Of a stretch of 64,000 nucleotides of DNA, positions 8,964 through 18,756 are shown one piece after another. The notes under the pieces were generated by a model. It was not told the origin of the DNA, made no database searches, and saw only the letters and a program-made list of their open reading frames with translations. Every line of letters begins with the position of its first letter. Within the stretch, counting starts at the first letter, position 1. A program made the position numbers and the translations under genes. This stretch comes from Deltaproteobacteria bacterium 13_1_40CM_4_68_19 (GTDB taxonomy: Bacteria > Myxococcota > Myxococcia > Myxococcales > 40CM-4-68-19), in assembly GCA_001918155.1 (NCBI GenBank), contig MNFJ01000105.1, positions 7,299-71,298 on the forward strand. The letters run 5' to 3'.

Positions 8964-9857
8964 TCAGTCGGTCGCGCCCAGCGCCGTCTTCGGGTGCTGG
9001 GCGCGGAAGCGCAGAGGATCGACCGGCTCTCCCGCCAGGTCGATCTGGTAATGCAAGTGCGGTCCGGTGGTGAGCCCCGTGCTGCCGGAGCGCGCGATCG
9101 TCTGGCCCTTGTCGACGTGCTGCCCGTCGCGCACCATCAGCGCGTCGTTGTGGCAATAGGTGGTGACGACGCCGTGGCCGTGATCGAGCACGACGATCCG
9201 CCCGTTGATGCCGTCGCTGCTGGCTCGGCGCACCACGCCGGCGGCGACGGCATGCACCGGGGTGCCGATCGACGTTCCCAGGTCGACTCCGGCGTGCAGC
9301 CGGCGGCCGCCGAGGATCGGGTGGTCGCGGACGCCGAACAGCGAGGTGATCCGCACCGACTCGGGCAGGGGCCATCCGAGCGCGTACGCGCCGCCCAGCA
9401 TCGCCGCCTGCGCTGCCCGGGCGACACAGGCTTCCGACCGGGGAGGGAGCGCGCGCGCCAGATCGTCCAGAGCGGACGACCGGGCCTCCGCGACGGCGAA
9501 GCGCGCCGCGTCCTCGCCGCAGAAGAGCGCCAGCAGCGCCGCATCGTCGGATCCGAGCCGCTGCGCGAGCGCGCGGATCCGGGGCGCAAGCTCGGCGGGA
9601 GATCCGTCGAGGACCGCGGCCGCTCCGTACGCGAGCGCCTGCGCCGGTGGCACCGGACCCGCGAGAGGCGGAGGCGGACGGGGCGGCACGAGCGTGCCCG
9701 CCGCGAAGTAAGCCAGGAGCGGACGCGCGGTGCTGCGGGTCCCGAAGATCCACGCCCCTGCCGTCCGCACCAGCGCGCCGGCGGGCGTGTGGTACCACCC
9801 GGCCCAGAGGCAGAGGGCGGAAAGCAGCAGCTCGAGCAGCGGGAGGCGTTCTCTCAT
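8964..9857 (-). CDS. M23 family metallopeptidase
   Basis: C-terminal LHAGVDLGTSIGTPVHA..LDHGHGVVTTYCH..GSTGLTTGPHLHY (HxxxD / HxH). N-terminal hydrophobic helix. ATG 9857 overlaps the upstream stop (ATGA). Confidence 0.8.
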   Translation of the reverse strand: MRERLPLLELLLSALCLWAGWYHTPAGALVRTAGAWIFGTRSTARPLLAYFAAGTLVPPRPPPPLAGPVPPAQALAYGAAAVLDGSPAELAPRIRALAQRLGSDDAALLALFCGEDAARFAVAEARSSALDDLARALPPRSEACVARAAQAAMLGGAYALGWPLPESVRITSLFGVRDHPILGGRRLHAGVDLGTSIGTPVHAVAAGVVRRASSDGINGRIVVLDHGHGVVTTYCHNDALMVRDGQHVDKGQTIARSGSTGLTTGPHLHYQIDLAGEPVDPLRFRAQHPKTALGATD

Positions 9858-10489
9858 CGCCAGGAGAGCACCGCCGCGATGAGCAAGGGCAACAAGACGA
9901 CCGCCGCCGCCATGCGGTACGGTGCCGTGCGCTCGTGCTCGACCGATCGGAACACCGCCCGAGGCACCAGCACGACGAGCACCGCGACGAGGATCAGCGC
10001 GCGGAGGAAATGGGCGAGCCAGGAGAGATGGACGGCGAGCTGCACGGAGCCTTGCACCATCCTCGCCAGCGAGAATGCTCCCGCGATGCCGACCAGCAGC
10101 GTCGCCGCCGGGCGGACCAGCAGAAGGGGCGAGCGGATCCGCCGCAACATGTCGCGCCCGAGCTGCCATTCCCGCGCGGCGTCGCGCTCTTCGTAGCCGA
10201 GCAGCGGAACCGCGATCAGCGCGTCGGCCGCCAGCTCCCAACAGAGCGCCACGGCGCGCGCGAACCAGGTGCGCTGCGTGAGCCCGATCACCTCCACCAG
10301 CGGCGCGGTGAACGACCAGCTCGACCAGATGGCGTCGAAGAACGCGTCCACGCGGTCGACCAGCCAGAGCACCCGGTCGCCGACCACGTCCGCGGCCGCA
10401 TGCGCGCCGACCGCGACCAGCGCGGCGAGACCCAGCGGCAGGAAAACCCAGCGGATCCGGCCCACGCGTTCGGAGACGTTCCAGTGCAC
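9854..10489 (-). CDS. Hypothetical multi-pass membrane protein
   Basis: 211-aa ORF with several long hydrophobic segments. Translationally coupled to the downstream M23 gene. No recognisable motif. Confidence 0.55.
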   Translation of the reverse strand: MHWNVSERVGRIRWVFLPLGLAALVAVGAHAAADVVGDRVLWLVDRVDAFFDAIWSSWSFTAPLVEVIGLTQRTWFARAVALCWELAADALIAVPLLGYEERDAAREWQLGRDMLRRIRSPLLLVRPAATLLVGIAGAFSLARMVQGSVQLAVHLSWLAHFLRALILVAVLVVLVPRAVFRSVEHERTAPYRMAAAVVLLPLLIAAVLSWR

Positions 10490-10499
10490 GGGCCGATCT

Positions 10500-10566
10500 T
10501 AGCCGCTCCCGCGCCGAAGGCGCGGGTATGCGGCTATTGTTTTGAGGTTGTACAGATCATGAAATG
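10500..10566. repeat. REP-like intergenic hairpin repeat (same family) with TCATGAAATG tail
   Basis: A 21-mer tagccgctcccgcgccgaagg (10500..10520) is identical to 35650..35670. Contains nested hairpin cccgcgcc-gaag-gcgcggg. Lies between the pccB stop and the next gene start. Confidence 0.65.
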
Positions 10567-10569
10567 CGC

Positions 10570-12192
<1,623 letters not shown>

Positions 12193-12204
12193 GCCGCGAC
12201 GAAC

Positions 12205-12300
12205 GTAGAACACATCTCGCAGCCGGTACAGTCCAAGACACAGTCGCTAAGCCGCCTTCGGCGGCCGCGACTGAGCCGCTTCGGCGGCCGCGACTGAAAG
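12205..12300. repeat. Intergenic cassette copy 1: two tandem GC hairpins + conserved spacer ending at the pccB start
   Basis: A 44-nt core (12236..12279) is identical to 16556..16599. Flanks are about 80% similar by eye. Hairpins are of gccgcc-ttcg-gcggc type. Confidence 0.7.
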
Positions 12301-12323
12301 CCGCGCTTGCCGGGTAGTGGAGG

Positions 12324-12761
12324 TCAGCGCCGTTCGTGGGCCAGGAGCCAGCGCTTCCGCTCCTCTCCCCAGGCGTAACCGCACAGCTTGCCGTCGGACG
12401 CGATCACCCGGTGGCAGGGGATGGCGAGGCACACGGGATTGCTGCCGTTTGCCGAGCCGACGGCGCGCGGGTGCGTGCCGAGCTGCCGCGCCAGCTCGCC
12501 GTACGTGCGGGTCTCGCCCGGCGGAATCGCGCGCAAGGCGGCCCAGACACGCCGCTGGAATGGCGTGCCGTCCGGATCGACCGCAACCCCATCCAACGCG
12601 CGCACGTTGCCGGCGAAGTACGCCCGCACCTGGTCGCTGATCGGCGTCGGCGCCCGCGTTCCTTCGAACGGCTCATCGAAGCGCAGGGCGTGGAGGGCAT
12701 CGCCGCGAAGCGCGAGGTGGATCGGGCCGATCGGGGTCTCGACTGTATCAACGCGAAGCAT
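12324..12761 (-). CDS. ogt: Methylated-DNA--protein-cysteine methyltransferase
   Basis: 145 aa from ATG 12761. Active-site PCHRV (AIPCHRVIASDG) and TYGELA helix. Confidence 0.9.
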   Translation of the reverse strand: MLRVDTVETPIGPIHLALRGDALHALRFDEPFEGTRAPTPISDQVRAYFAGNVRALDGVAVDPDGTPFQRRVWAALRAIPPGETRTYGELARQLGTHPRAVGSANGSNPVCLAIPCHRVIASDGKLCGYAWGEERKRWLLAHERR

Positions 12762-12771
12762 GTTCACTCCT

Positions 12772-14109
12772 TCAGGAAAGCCAGATGGCGGCTGCGGCAT
12801 ACGCCCGCCACGGCCGCCAGGTCTCCGCGCGCTCGAGCAGAGCGCTCGGTGTCCGTCCGAGGGCACGGCAAAGGCCCAGGTCGGAAGCGGGGAATGCGTC
12901 GGGTTCACCGAGCCCGCGGAGCGCCACGAGCTGCGCGGTCCAGTCGCCGATGCCGGGGACTTTGCAGAGCGCCGCCGAGACCGCGTCGAGGTCCCGTGAT
13001 CCATCCAGCCGCACGTGTCCGTCGCGGGCGCTCCGGGCGAGCTGGACGATGGCGTTTGCCCGCACCGCCGGCATGCCCCGCAGCTCCGCCCCGGCGAGCC
13101 GGGCCGGAGTCGGGAAACCTCCGAACTGCTCGATCAGCTCGATCGCCATCGCTCGCGCGCGCTGCACCGAGATCTGCTGGCCGAGGATCGCGCGCACGGC
13201 CATCTCGAACGGATCCCACGCGCCTGGGATTCGCAGTCCCGGCCTGAGGAACGGCTTCAGGACGGCGTCGCGTCCGAGGTGCTCGAGAATCGGTCCGGGG
13301 TCGGCGCGCAGATCGAACACGCGCTGGATGCGGGCGGCGATCTCGAGTGCCCGCGGCGCCAAGGCCGCCGGCATGCTCGCCTCCAGATGCGAAGGTCCAC
13401 CGCGACGCACTTCCAGCCAGCCTTCCGGCAACCGGCGCCGCCAGGTGCCGTCGCGGACCTCCTCGATGGACGGCAGCGCGCGCGCCGCGAAGAACGCGAG
13501 CAGCGCCTCGAAATCGAGCGGCGGGCGAAACGGCAACCGCAACGAGAGTTCCGCCCCCGCGTCCGCGGCAGGCTTCGCCCGAAGCTGCGAGGGAGTGCGC
13601 CCGAACCCGCGGCGCACCGCCTCGTTGAAGCGGCGAAGGCTGTGGAAGCCGGCGGCGTGGGCGACGTCGATGATCCGGAGCGACGAATTCTCCAGGAGCT
13701 GCCGGGCGAGATGCAACCGGCGCGTGCGCAGGACTTCGGCAGGAGAAGCGCCGAGATGTCGCGCGAACAGGCGGCGCAAGTGGCGATCGGTGACGCCCAG
13801 CCGCTCCGCGAGGCCCGACGGATCGCCGGACTCCTCGAGCAGGCGGAGAGCGCGCGAGAGCGTGGCCGCGGTGCCGGCCTGGGCGGGAGAGCCGGGAGCC
13901 GCGTCGGGGCGGCAGCGGAGGCAGGCGCGGTAGCCGGCGGCCTGCGCGGCAGCCGCGGAAGGAAAGAAGACCACGTTTTCGCGGCGCGGCAAACGCGCCG
14001 GGCAGCCTGGACGGCAATAGATGTTCGTCGTCCGCACGCCGAGGAAGAAGCGGCCGGCGAAGCGTCCATCGCGGCCCTGGACCGCGCGGTAGCAGGCTTC
14101 GGCATCCAT
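12772..14109 (-). CDS. Ada-type regulator (Zn methyl-acceptor + AraC HTH) fused to AlkA-type DNA-3-methyladenine glycosylase II
   Basis: 445 aa from ATG 14109. CRPGCPAR..CLRCRP Zn cluster, AraC HTH (IIDVAHAAGFHSLRRFNEAVRR), then an HhH-GPD region (..VPGIGDWTAQ..). Confidence 0.85.
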   Translation of the reverse strand: MDAEACYRAVQGRDGRFAGRFFLGVRTTNIYCRPGCPARLPRRENVVFFPSAAAAQAAGYRACLRCRPDAAPGSPAQAGTAATLSRALRLLEESGDPSGLAERLGVTDRHLRRLFARHLGASPAEVLRTRRLHLARQLLENSSLRIIDVAHAAGFHSLRRFNEAVRRGFGRTPSQLRAKPAADAGAELSLRLPFRPPLDFEALLAFFAARALPSIEEVRDGTWRRRLPEGWLEVRRGGPSHLEASMPAALAPRALEIAARIQRVFDLRADPGPILEHLGRDAVLKPFLRPGLRIPGAWDPFEMAVRAILGQQISVQRARAMAIELIEQFGGFPTPARLAGAELRGMPAVRANAIVQLARSARDGHVRLDGSRDLDAVSAALCKVPGIGDWTAQLVALRGLGEPDAFPASDLGLCRALGRTPSALLERAETWRPWRAYAAAAIWLS

Positions 14110-14253
14110 GGCGGGAATGAATAGCAGGGGCGCACCCCGATGTCTGGACGTGGACGGACCTCGATGTTTCACACGGCCAAGTCCAAAAGGCTTCACCGTA
14201 GAGCGCGCAGATACGTCCTTTTTGTGCACTGCCGGGTGCGAATTCTACCTCCC

Positions 14254-14273
14254 GTGAGAACCAGGTTTCTCAC
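14254..14273. promoter_or_regulatory. Inverted repeat GTGAGAA-N6-TTCTCAC, candidate regulator (EBP/repressor) site
   Basis: Perfect 7-bp arms seen in the ada-divergent intergenic region, about 30 nt upstream of the sigma54-like element. A similar GTGAAAG-N6-CTTTCAC lies at 31150..31169. Confidence 0.3.
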
Positions 14274-14301
14274 GCGCCTTCATCTGCCGCCGCGCGCTCG
14301 C

Positions 14302-14317
14302 TGGCACGCCCCCTGCT
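14302..14317 (+). promoter_or_regulatory. Sigma54-like -24/-12 promoter element (TGGCACG-N4-CTGC), copy 1
   Basis: TGGCACGCCCCCTGCT has the GG-N10-GC geometry, with one mismatch to TGGCACG-N4-TTGC. It lies inside a 27-bp repeat and about 25 nt upstream of GTG 14343. Confidence 0.4.
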
Positions 14318-14342
14318 CGTCTGGCAGCGCGGGACGAACTAT

Positions 14343-15154
14343 GTGTGGTTCGGAGCCAACCACGGCTTCGCCCTCGGTTTCGCCGATTACGAAGGCAATC
14401 CCGGCTGCAATGGCCACCGCGGTTGCTCCGGCAACTACGAGCACTCCCATCCGGCGATCAACGACTCGCACGGCTGGTTCATCACGGGCGGGTATTACGG
14501 CATCGCGATCGACACCTGGCCGCATGTCGACGGCCAAGGAAACACGTTCTTCGACGTCTGGTTCGGCGGCCGCACGCGCACTACGTGGTTCCGCATGGGA
14601 GAAGAACTGGGCGACTTCTGGCGCGCGCAACTCCGGACCGAGCTGTACGTCAGCAAGGATCACAATCCCGCCAACATCGCCGACGATCCGGCCGCGCAGG
14701 CGGCCTTCTGGAACCGCATGGACATCTGGCCCGATCCGGTGAGCGAGCGCAGGGACGCCGCCCACGGCAACTGGCTCTCGCAGGAACCGGACTACAAGAA
14801 CCCGAGCGACTGGGTCTTTGACGAAGTGACCGGCGTCGCCGTACTGGCAAACGGCGACGCCTGGATTGGCTCGTGGACGAACGGCCTTCGGCTGATCGAT
14901 CACGACGGCCACTTCGTCGCGGATGCGACGGACGTGCTGCCCACGAAGTCGGTCGGCGCGCTGGGCGCGCTCGCTGGCACGCCCCCTGCTCCGGAGCGGC
15001 CGCGAGGGGAACCGTGCTGCACTACCGTTCTCTGGGCGCGCAGACGAACAGCGCGGTCTGGGACATCCAGGTGCAGCCCGCGACCGCTACGTCCAAACGG
15101 CGAATCCTCGTTGCGTTCCGCCGCGGCTCGGTCGGCGTGTACAACGGCGACTAG
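14343..15154 (+). pseudogene. Beta-propeller-like protein fragment, N-terminally truncated and frame-broken near 14965-15010
   Basis: Frame 14343 has high GC3 and propeller-blade-like repeats (YVWFGANHGFAL, DAWIGSWTNGLRLIDHDG). It has no signal peptide and stays open upstream to 14202. After about 14965 the plausible protein continues in the +2 frame (GTVLHYRSLGAQTNSAVWDIQVQP..VGVYNGD, stop 15154). Confidence 0.5.
14975..14990 (+). promoter_or_regulatory. Sigma54-like -24/-12 element, copy 2 (inside the second 27-bp repeat)
   Basis: Identical TGGCACGCCCCCTGCT. About 23 nt upstream of GAGGGG-aacc-GTG (15004..15016). Confidence 0.3.
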
Positions 15155-15155
15155 A

Positions 15156-16181
15156 TCACCGGAGCGGCAATCGCAACTCGATCTCTGCCCCTTCCGCGCG
15201 TGGGTTGCCGGTGAGCGTGAGTGGTCCCGCGTTGCGGAGCAGCGATCCGTAGAGCAGGTGGAAGGCATACGCTCCCGTGGCGAGCGGCCCGCGCAGCGCA
15301 TCGAGCGGGGTCAGTCGAGCGAGCACCACGTCGAGATCCACGAGCGCGACGCTCGCGTCGAGCGAGGGCCCGCCGGCCGGCGCCGCATCGAAGACGGGGG
15401 CGACGCGGAACGCCCGCCCGAGCGACGGCCCGTCGGAGAGCATGTGCACGTCGACGCCGTCGAGGCGTTCCTCCACGCGCGAGGCGCGGTGCAGCTCCGC
15501 TTGCGCCGGCACGCCGAGCTGGGCGAGCGCGACTTCGATCGCGCGGCGGCCGGCTGGCGCGACGCCCGCGCGCAGGCAGGCGATGCCGGCTGCGCATCCA
15601 GCCGGCGCGCTCCCGGAGAGGACCGGAGCGCCTGCAACGACGAGCCCGCGCGCGACGATTCCGGTGCTGCCCGCGTCGATGGCGAGGACGGCTGCCCGCA
15701 GCGGCTCCAGTAGACGCAGCCAGAGCCACGTCGGGCCACTCGCTCTTGCCGCCAGGGCGGCAGGGAGCGGCGCGGGCCGCGACATCGCCGCCAGCAGCGC
15801 AGCCGGATTGCGGCCGGACGCCGTCAAAAGCCGCAGGCCCGCCACGCGTCCCGCACGGCGCTGCGGATCCTCGGCGATCCAGGACGCGACCATCTTCTTC
15901 GCCCTGCCCGCATTGCGCACCGGGGCGATCAGTCCGGCGCCATCGTGCGAGAAGACCAGCATCCTCGCCCCGCGCGGCGCGAGGCCCCATTGGGAGGTCC
16001 TGGCGAGCAGATCGACACCGACGCGGTCGCGCAGCGTCGTGCCTACCGGCTCCGGCGCCAGCGACGGCGCGTACGCCCCGGCCTTCTCCAGCAGTGCTCG
16101 CAGCCCGGACGCGTCCTCGACGGAGAGCACCACGTCCGCGGACGCTGGCACCAGCACCGCGGCGAGGAGAAGCGGCAGCAA
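15156..16181 (-). CDS. Hypothetical secreted protein (signal peptide)
   Basis: 341 aa. N-terminus MLPLLLAAVLVPASA is signal-peptide-like. Ala/Leu-rich with no recognised domain. TTG start one nt after the upstream stop. Confidence 0.55.
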   Translation of the reverse strand: MLPLLLAAVLVPASADVVLSVEDASGLRALLEKAGAYAPSLAPEPVGTTLRDRVGVDLLARTSQWGLAPRGARMLVFSHDGAGLIAPVRNAGRAKKMVASWIAEDPQRRAGRVAGLRLLTASGRNPAALLAAMSRPAPLPAALAARASGPTWLWLRLLEPLRAAVLAIDAGSTGIVARGLVVAGAPVLSGSAPAGCAAGIACLRAGVAPAGRRAIEVALAQLGVPAQAELHRASRVEERLDGVDVHMLSDGPSLGRAFRVAPVFDAAPAGGPSLDASVALVDLDVVLARLTPLDALRGPLATGAYAFHLLYGSLLRNAGPLTLTGNPRAEGAEIELRLPLR

Positions 16182-16182
16182 G

Positions 16183-16512
16183 CTATTGCGGGAGCTGCGT
16201 GCCGGCGCGGCGCGCGGCGAGAGCGAGCGCCTCTGCCTTCTCGCGCGCCCGCCGGGCCATCGCGCGGCGCATGTAGCCGTAACCGAGTACCAGCGCTGCG
16301 AACAGGGGAGACAGCGCCGCTCCGACCGTCCACCCCGAATGCGCAGCGAGGAAACCCCAGATGGCGCGCGCCGCCGGCGTGAAGAAGTCTCCGTACCAGA
16401 ACAGCGCCCAGATGCAGGCGCAGAGCGCGAACGCGAAGACGTTCGCGAGCAGGAAGAAGATCACCCCGCGGCGCCTCGGCATGGGGAGGACGTACTGCTT
16501 GGCTTCAGCCAC
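16183..16512 (-). CDS. Small hypothetical membrane protein
   Basis: 109 aa with two to three hydrophobic helices (VIFFLLANVFAFALCACIWALFWY; LSPLFAALVLGYGY) and a basic C-tail. Preceded by a conserved intergenic cassette. Confidence 0.55.
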   Translation of the reverse strand: MAEAKQYVLPMPRRRGVIFFLLANVFAFALCACIWALFWYGDFFTPAARAIWGFLAAHSGWTVGAALSPLFAALVLGYGYMRRAMARRAREKAEALALAARRAGTQLPQ

Positions 16513-16523
16513 GGCGGTCGAGG

Positions 16524-16620
16524 GTAGAATGCATCGCGTAGAGAGTACAGTCTAAAGACACAGTCGCTAAGCCGCCTTCGGCGGCCGCGACTGAGCCGCG
16601 CCTTCGGCGGCTGCGACTGG
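16524..16620. repeat. Intergenic cassette copy 2 (same orientation) between the RDD gene and the small membrane-protein gene
   Basis: gtagaatgcatcgcgtagagagtacagtctaaagacacagtcgctaagccgccttcggcggccgcgactgagccgc.. aligns with 12205 onward. Confidence 0.7.
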
Positions 16621-16629
16621 TCTAGCGGC

Positions 16630-17184
16630 TCAGTCAACGATCGCAACGCAGCCGCAGAGCTTGTCGTGGAGCGTCTGCCCGCGGAGATCGAACAGCGCCA
16701 GGACGAAACCGAACATGCCGAGCGCGCCGGACAGCACCGCGAGCAGCGCGCGCGCAAATGCCGCGACCGGTCCGAGCGGCCGGCCATCGAGCGTGCACAG
16801 CCGCTGCCCCGTGAATGCCATACCCGGCGTCCGGCTCCAGAGCGCCGTGAAGACCCACGACCAGGCGAGCGCAAGGACGGCGCCCACCGAGATCCAGAGC
16901 GCGGGCGCGACCAGCACCAGGTCGGGCGCCGAGCGAAGCATGCCGCAGAGCCGCGCAGCCACGAAGACGTGCGCCGCCAGGGCGACGACGAGAAACGCCA
17001 GGTCGATGGCCCAACCCGCGACCCGCCGCGCTCCCGAGGCCCGCCCTGGTGCCCGGCGCGGCGCCGGTCCCGGGATATCCGCGGGAGGTTCCGAAACGAA
17101 CGACACCGCGACCGGCGCCACGGGCACGTCGGAGATTGCGACGTCCACTGGCCCTGCGGGACCCGAATCGAACGGCCGCTGCAT
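16630..17184 (-). CDS. RDD family membrane protein
   Basis: 184 aa. Layout ..RRVAGWAIDLAFLVVAL.. two TM.. GMAFTGQRL..GR.. HDKLCGCVAIV resembles the RDD domain. Confidence 0.65.
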   Translation of the reverse strand: MQRPFDSGPAGPVDVAISDVPVAPVAVSFVSEPPADIPGPAPRRAPGRASGARRVAGWAIDLAFLVVALAAHVFVAARLCGMLRSAPDLVLVAPALWISVGAVLALAWSWVFTALWSRTPGMAFTGQRLCTLDGRPLGPVAAFARALLAVLSGALGMFGFVLALFDLRGQTLHDKLCGCVAIVD

Positions 17185-17290
17185 CGCGCGAAGGTACGTC
17201 GGCTGCCGGCCCGGTCAACAAATTGCCGGTCAGCTTGTCTGCAAGCAGCAACGGCGCTATGCAGCGCGCGCCTGCTGACAGGAGCCGCGC

Positions 17291-18688
17291 ATGGCCAGCC
17301 GCATCGAGAAGGACACTTTCGGCCCGATCGAGGTTCCCGCCGAGAGGCTCTGGGGCGCGCAGACGCAGCGCTCGCTGCAAAACTTCCGGATCGGCAGCGA
17401 AAAGATGCCTCCGGCGCTGATCAAAGCGCTCGCGCAGGTGAAGCGCGCCGCGGCGCAGGTCAACATGGATCTGCGCGTTCTCGACTCGAAGAAGGGCAGG
17501 GCGATCATCGAGGCCGCCGACGAGGTGATCGCGGGCAAGCACGACGGCGAGTTTCCGCTGGCGGTGTGGCAGACCGGCTCGGGCACGCAGACCAACATGA
17601 ACATGAACGAGGTGCTGGCGAATCGCGCCAGCGAGATCCTCGGCGGGCGGCGCGGCGAGGACCGGCTCGTCCACCCGAACGACGACGTGAACAAAGGGCA
17701 ATCGTCGAACGACGTTTTTCCCACGGCCATGCACGTGGCGGCGGTGCCCGCGATCGTCGATCACCTCATCGCCTCGATCCGCGTCCTGCGCGACACGCTC
17801 GCGCGGAAGTCGGAGGAGTTCCGCGACATCGTCAAGATCGGCCGCACCCACCTGCAGGATGCGACCCCGCTCACCCTGGGGCAGGAGATCGGCGGCTGGG
17901 TCGCTCAACTCGACCACGGGATCCGCCACGTGGAGAGCTCGCTGCAGCACCTGCGCGAGCTGGCGATCGGCGGCACTGCCGTGGGCACGGGGCTGAACGC
18001 GCACCCCGAGTTCGGCGACCGCGTCGCCGCGGAGATCTCCAGACTGACCGGGCATCCCTTCACCTCGGCCCCGAACAAGTTCGAGGCCCTGGCGGCGCAC
18101 GACGCACTCGTCTTCGCCCACGGCGCGCTGAAGACGCTCGCCGCCTCGCTGACGAAGATCGCGAACGACGTGCGCTGGCTCGCGTCCGGTCCCCGGTGTG
18201 GGCTCGGCGAACTGAAGATCCCGGAGAACGAGCCCGGCAGCTCCATCATGCCCGGCAAGGTGAACCCGACGCAGAGCGAGGCGATGACGATGCTCTGCGC
18301 CCAGGTGCTGGGCAACGACGTCGCCGTCAATCTGGGCGGCGCCATGGGGAACTTCGAGCTGAACGTCTTCAAGCCGCTCATCATCCACGACTTCCTGCAG
18401 TCGGTGCGGCTGCTCGCCGACGGATGCAGGAGCTTCAACGACAACTGCGCGCTGGGCATCGAGCCCGACCGCGAGCGCATCGCCAAGCTGATGCGTGAGT
18501 CGCTGATGCTGGTCACCGCGCTCAACCCGCACATCGGCTACGACAAAGCGGCGAAGATCGCGAAGACGGCGCACAAGGAAGGCATCACGCTGAAGGAAGC
18601 GGCGCTGAAGCTCGGCTTCGTCACCTCGGAGCAGTTCGATCAGTGGGTGCGCCCGGAGGAGATGGTCGGACCGAAGGCGCAGAAGTGA
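17291..18688 (+). CDS. fumC: Class II fumarate hydratase
   Basis: 465 aa. Signature [16 protein letters not shown], plus [14 protein letters not shown] and THLQDATP. Confidence 0.95.
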   Translation: MASRIEKDTFGPIEVPAERLWGAQTQRSLQNFRIGSEKMPPALIKALAQVKRAAAQVNMDLRVLDSKKGRAIIEAADEVIAGKHDGEFPLAVWQTGSGTQTNMNMNEVLANRASEILGGRRGEDRLVHPNDDVNKGQSSNDVFPTAMHVAAVPAIVDHLIASIRVLRDTLARKSEEFRDIVKIGRTHLQDATPLTLGQEIGGWVAQLDHGIRHVESSLQHLRELAIGGTAVGTGLNAHPEFGDRVAAEISRLTGHPFTSAPNKFEALAAHDALVFAHGALKTLAASLTKIANDVRWLASGPRCGLGELKIPENEPGSSIMPGKVNPTQSEAMTMLCAQVLGNDVAVNLGGAMGNFELNVFKPLIIHDFLQSVRLLADGCRSFNDNCALGIEPDRERIAKLMRESLMLVTALNPHIGYDKAAKIAKTAHKEGITLKEAALKLGFVTSEQFDQWVRPEEMVGPKAQK

Positions 18689-18694
18689 CGCGGA

Positions 18695-18756
18695 CACCAT
18701 CTTGATGGTGTTCCCCTGTCGTCACCACCATCTTGATGGCGTCCCGCTGTCGTCAC
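18695..18756. repeat. Two tandem 31-nt units, each with a CACCAT-cttg-ATGG(T/C)G hairpin; probable bidirectional terminator region
   Basis: caccatcttgatggtgttcccctgtcgtcac / caccatcttgatggcgtcccgctgtcgtcac (3 mismatches). Lies between convergent fumC (stop 18688) and pdxH (stop 18753). Confidence 0.6.

Noticed and set aside
6868-9798. 976-aa ORF, the second longest in the track
   Set aside because: Only its last 167 aa (the BCCP domain) look like protein. The rest is Arg/Gly/Pro/Ala-rich and overlaps the well-supported biotin carboxylase (7368..8897) and M23 peptidase genes in other frames. It is a typical high-GC open-frame artefact.
14140-14742. 200-aa ORF overlapping the start of the beta-propeller fragment (contains ATG 14341)
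   Set aside because: The translation is Ser/Thr/Arg/Pro-rich with low GC3. The alternative frame starting at 14343 has the codon bias and repeat motifs of a real protein.
18695-18756. Possible CRISPR or minisatellite
   Set aside because: There are only two units, with no spacer structure and no cas genes in the window. It was kept only as a tandem hairpin/terminator observation.
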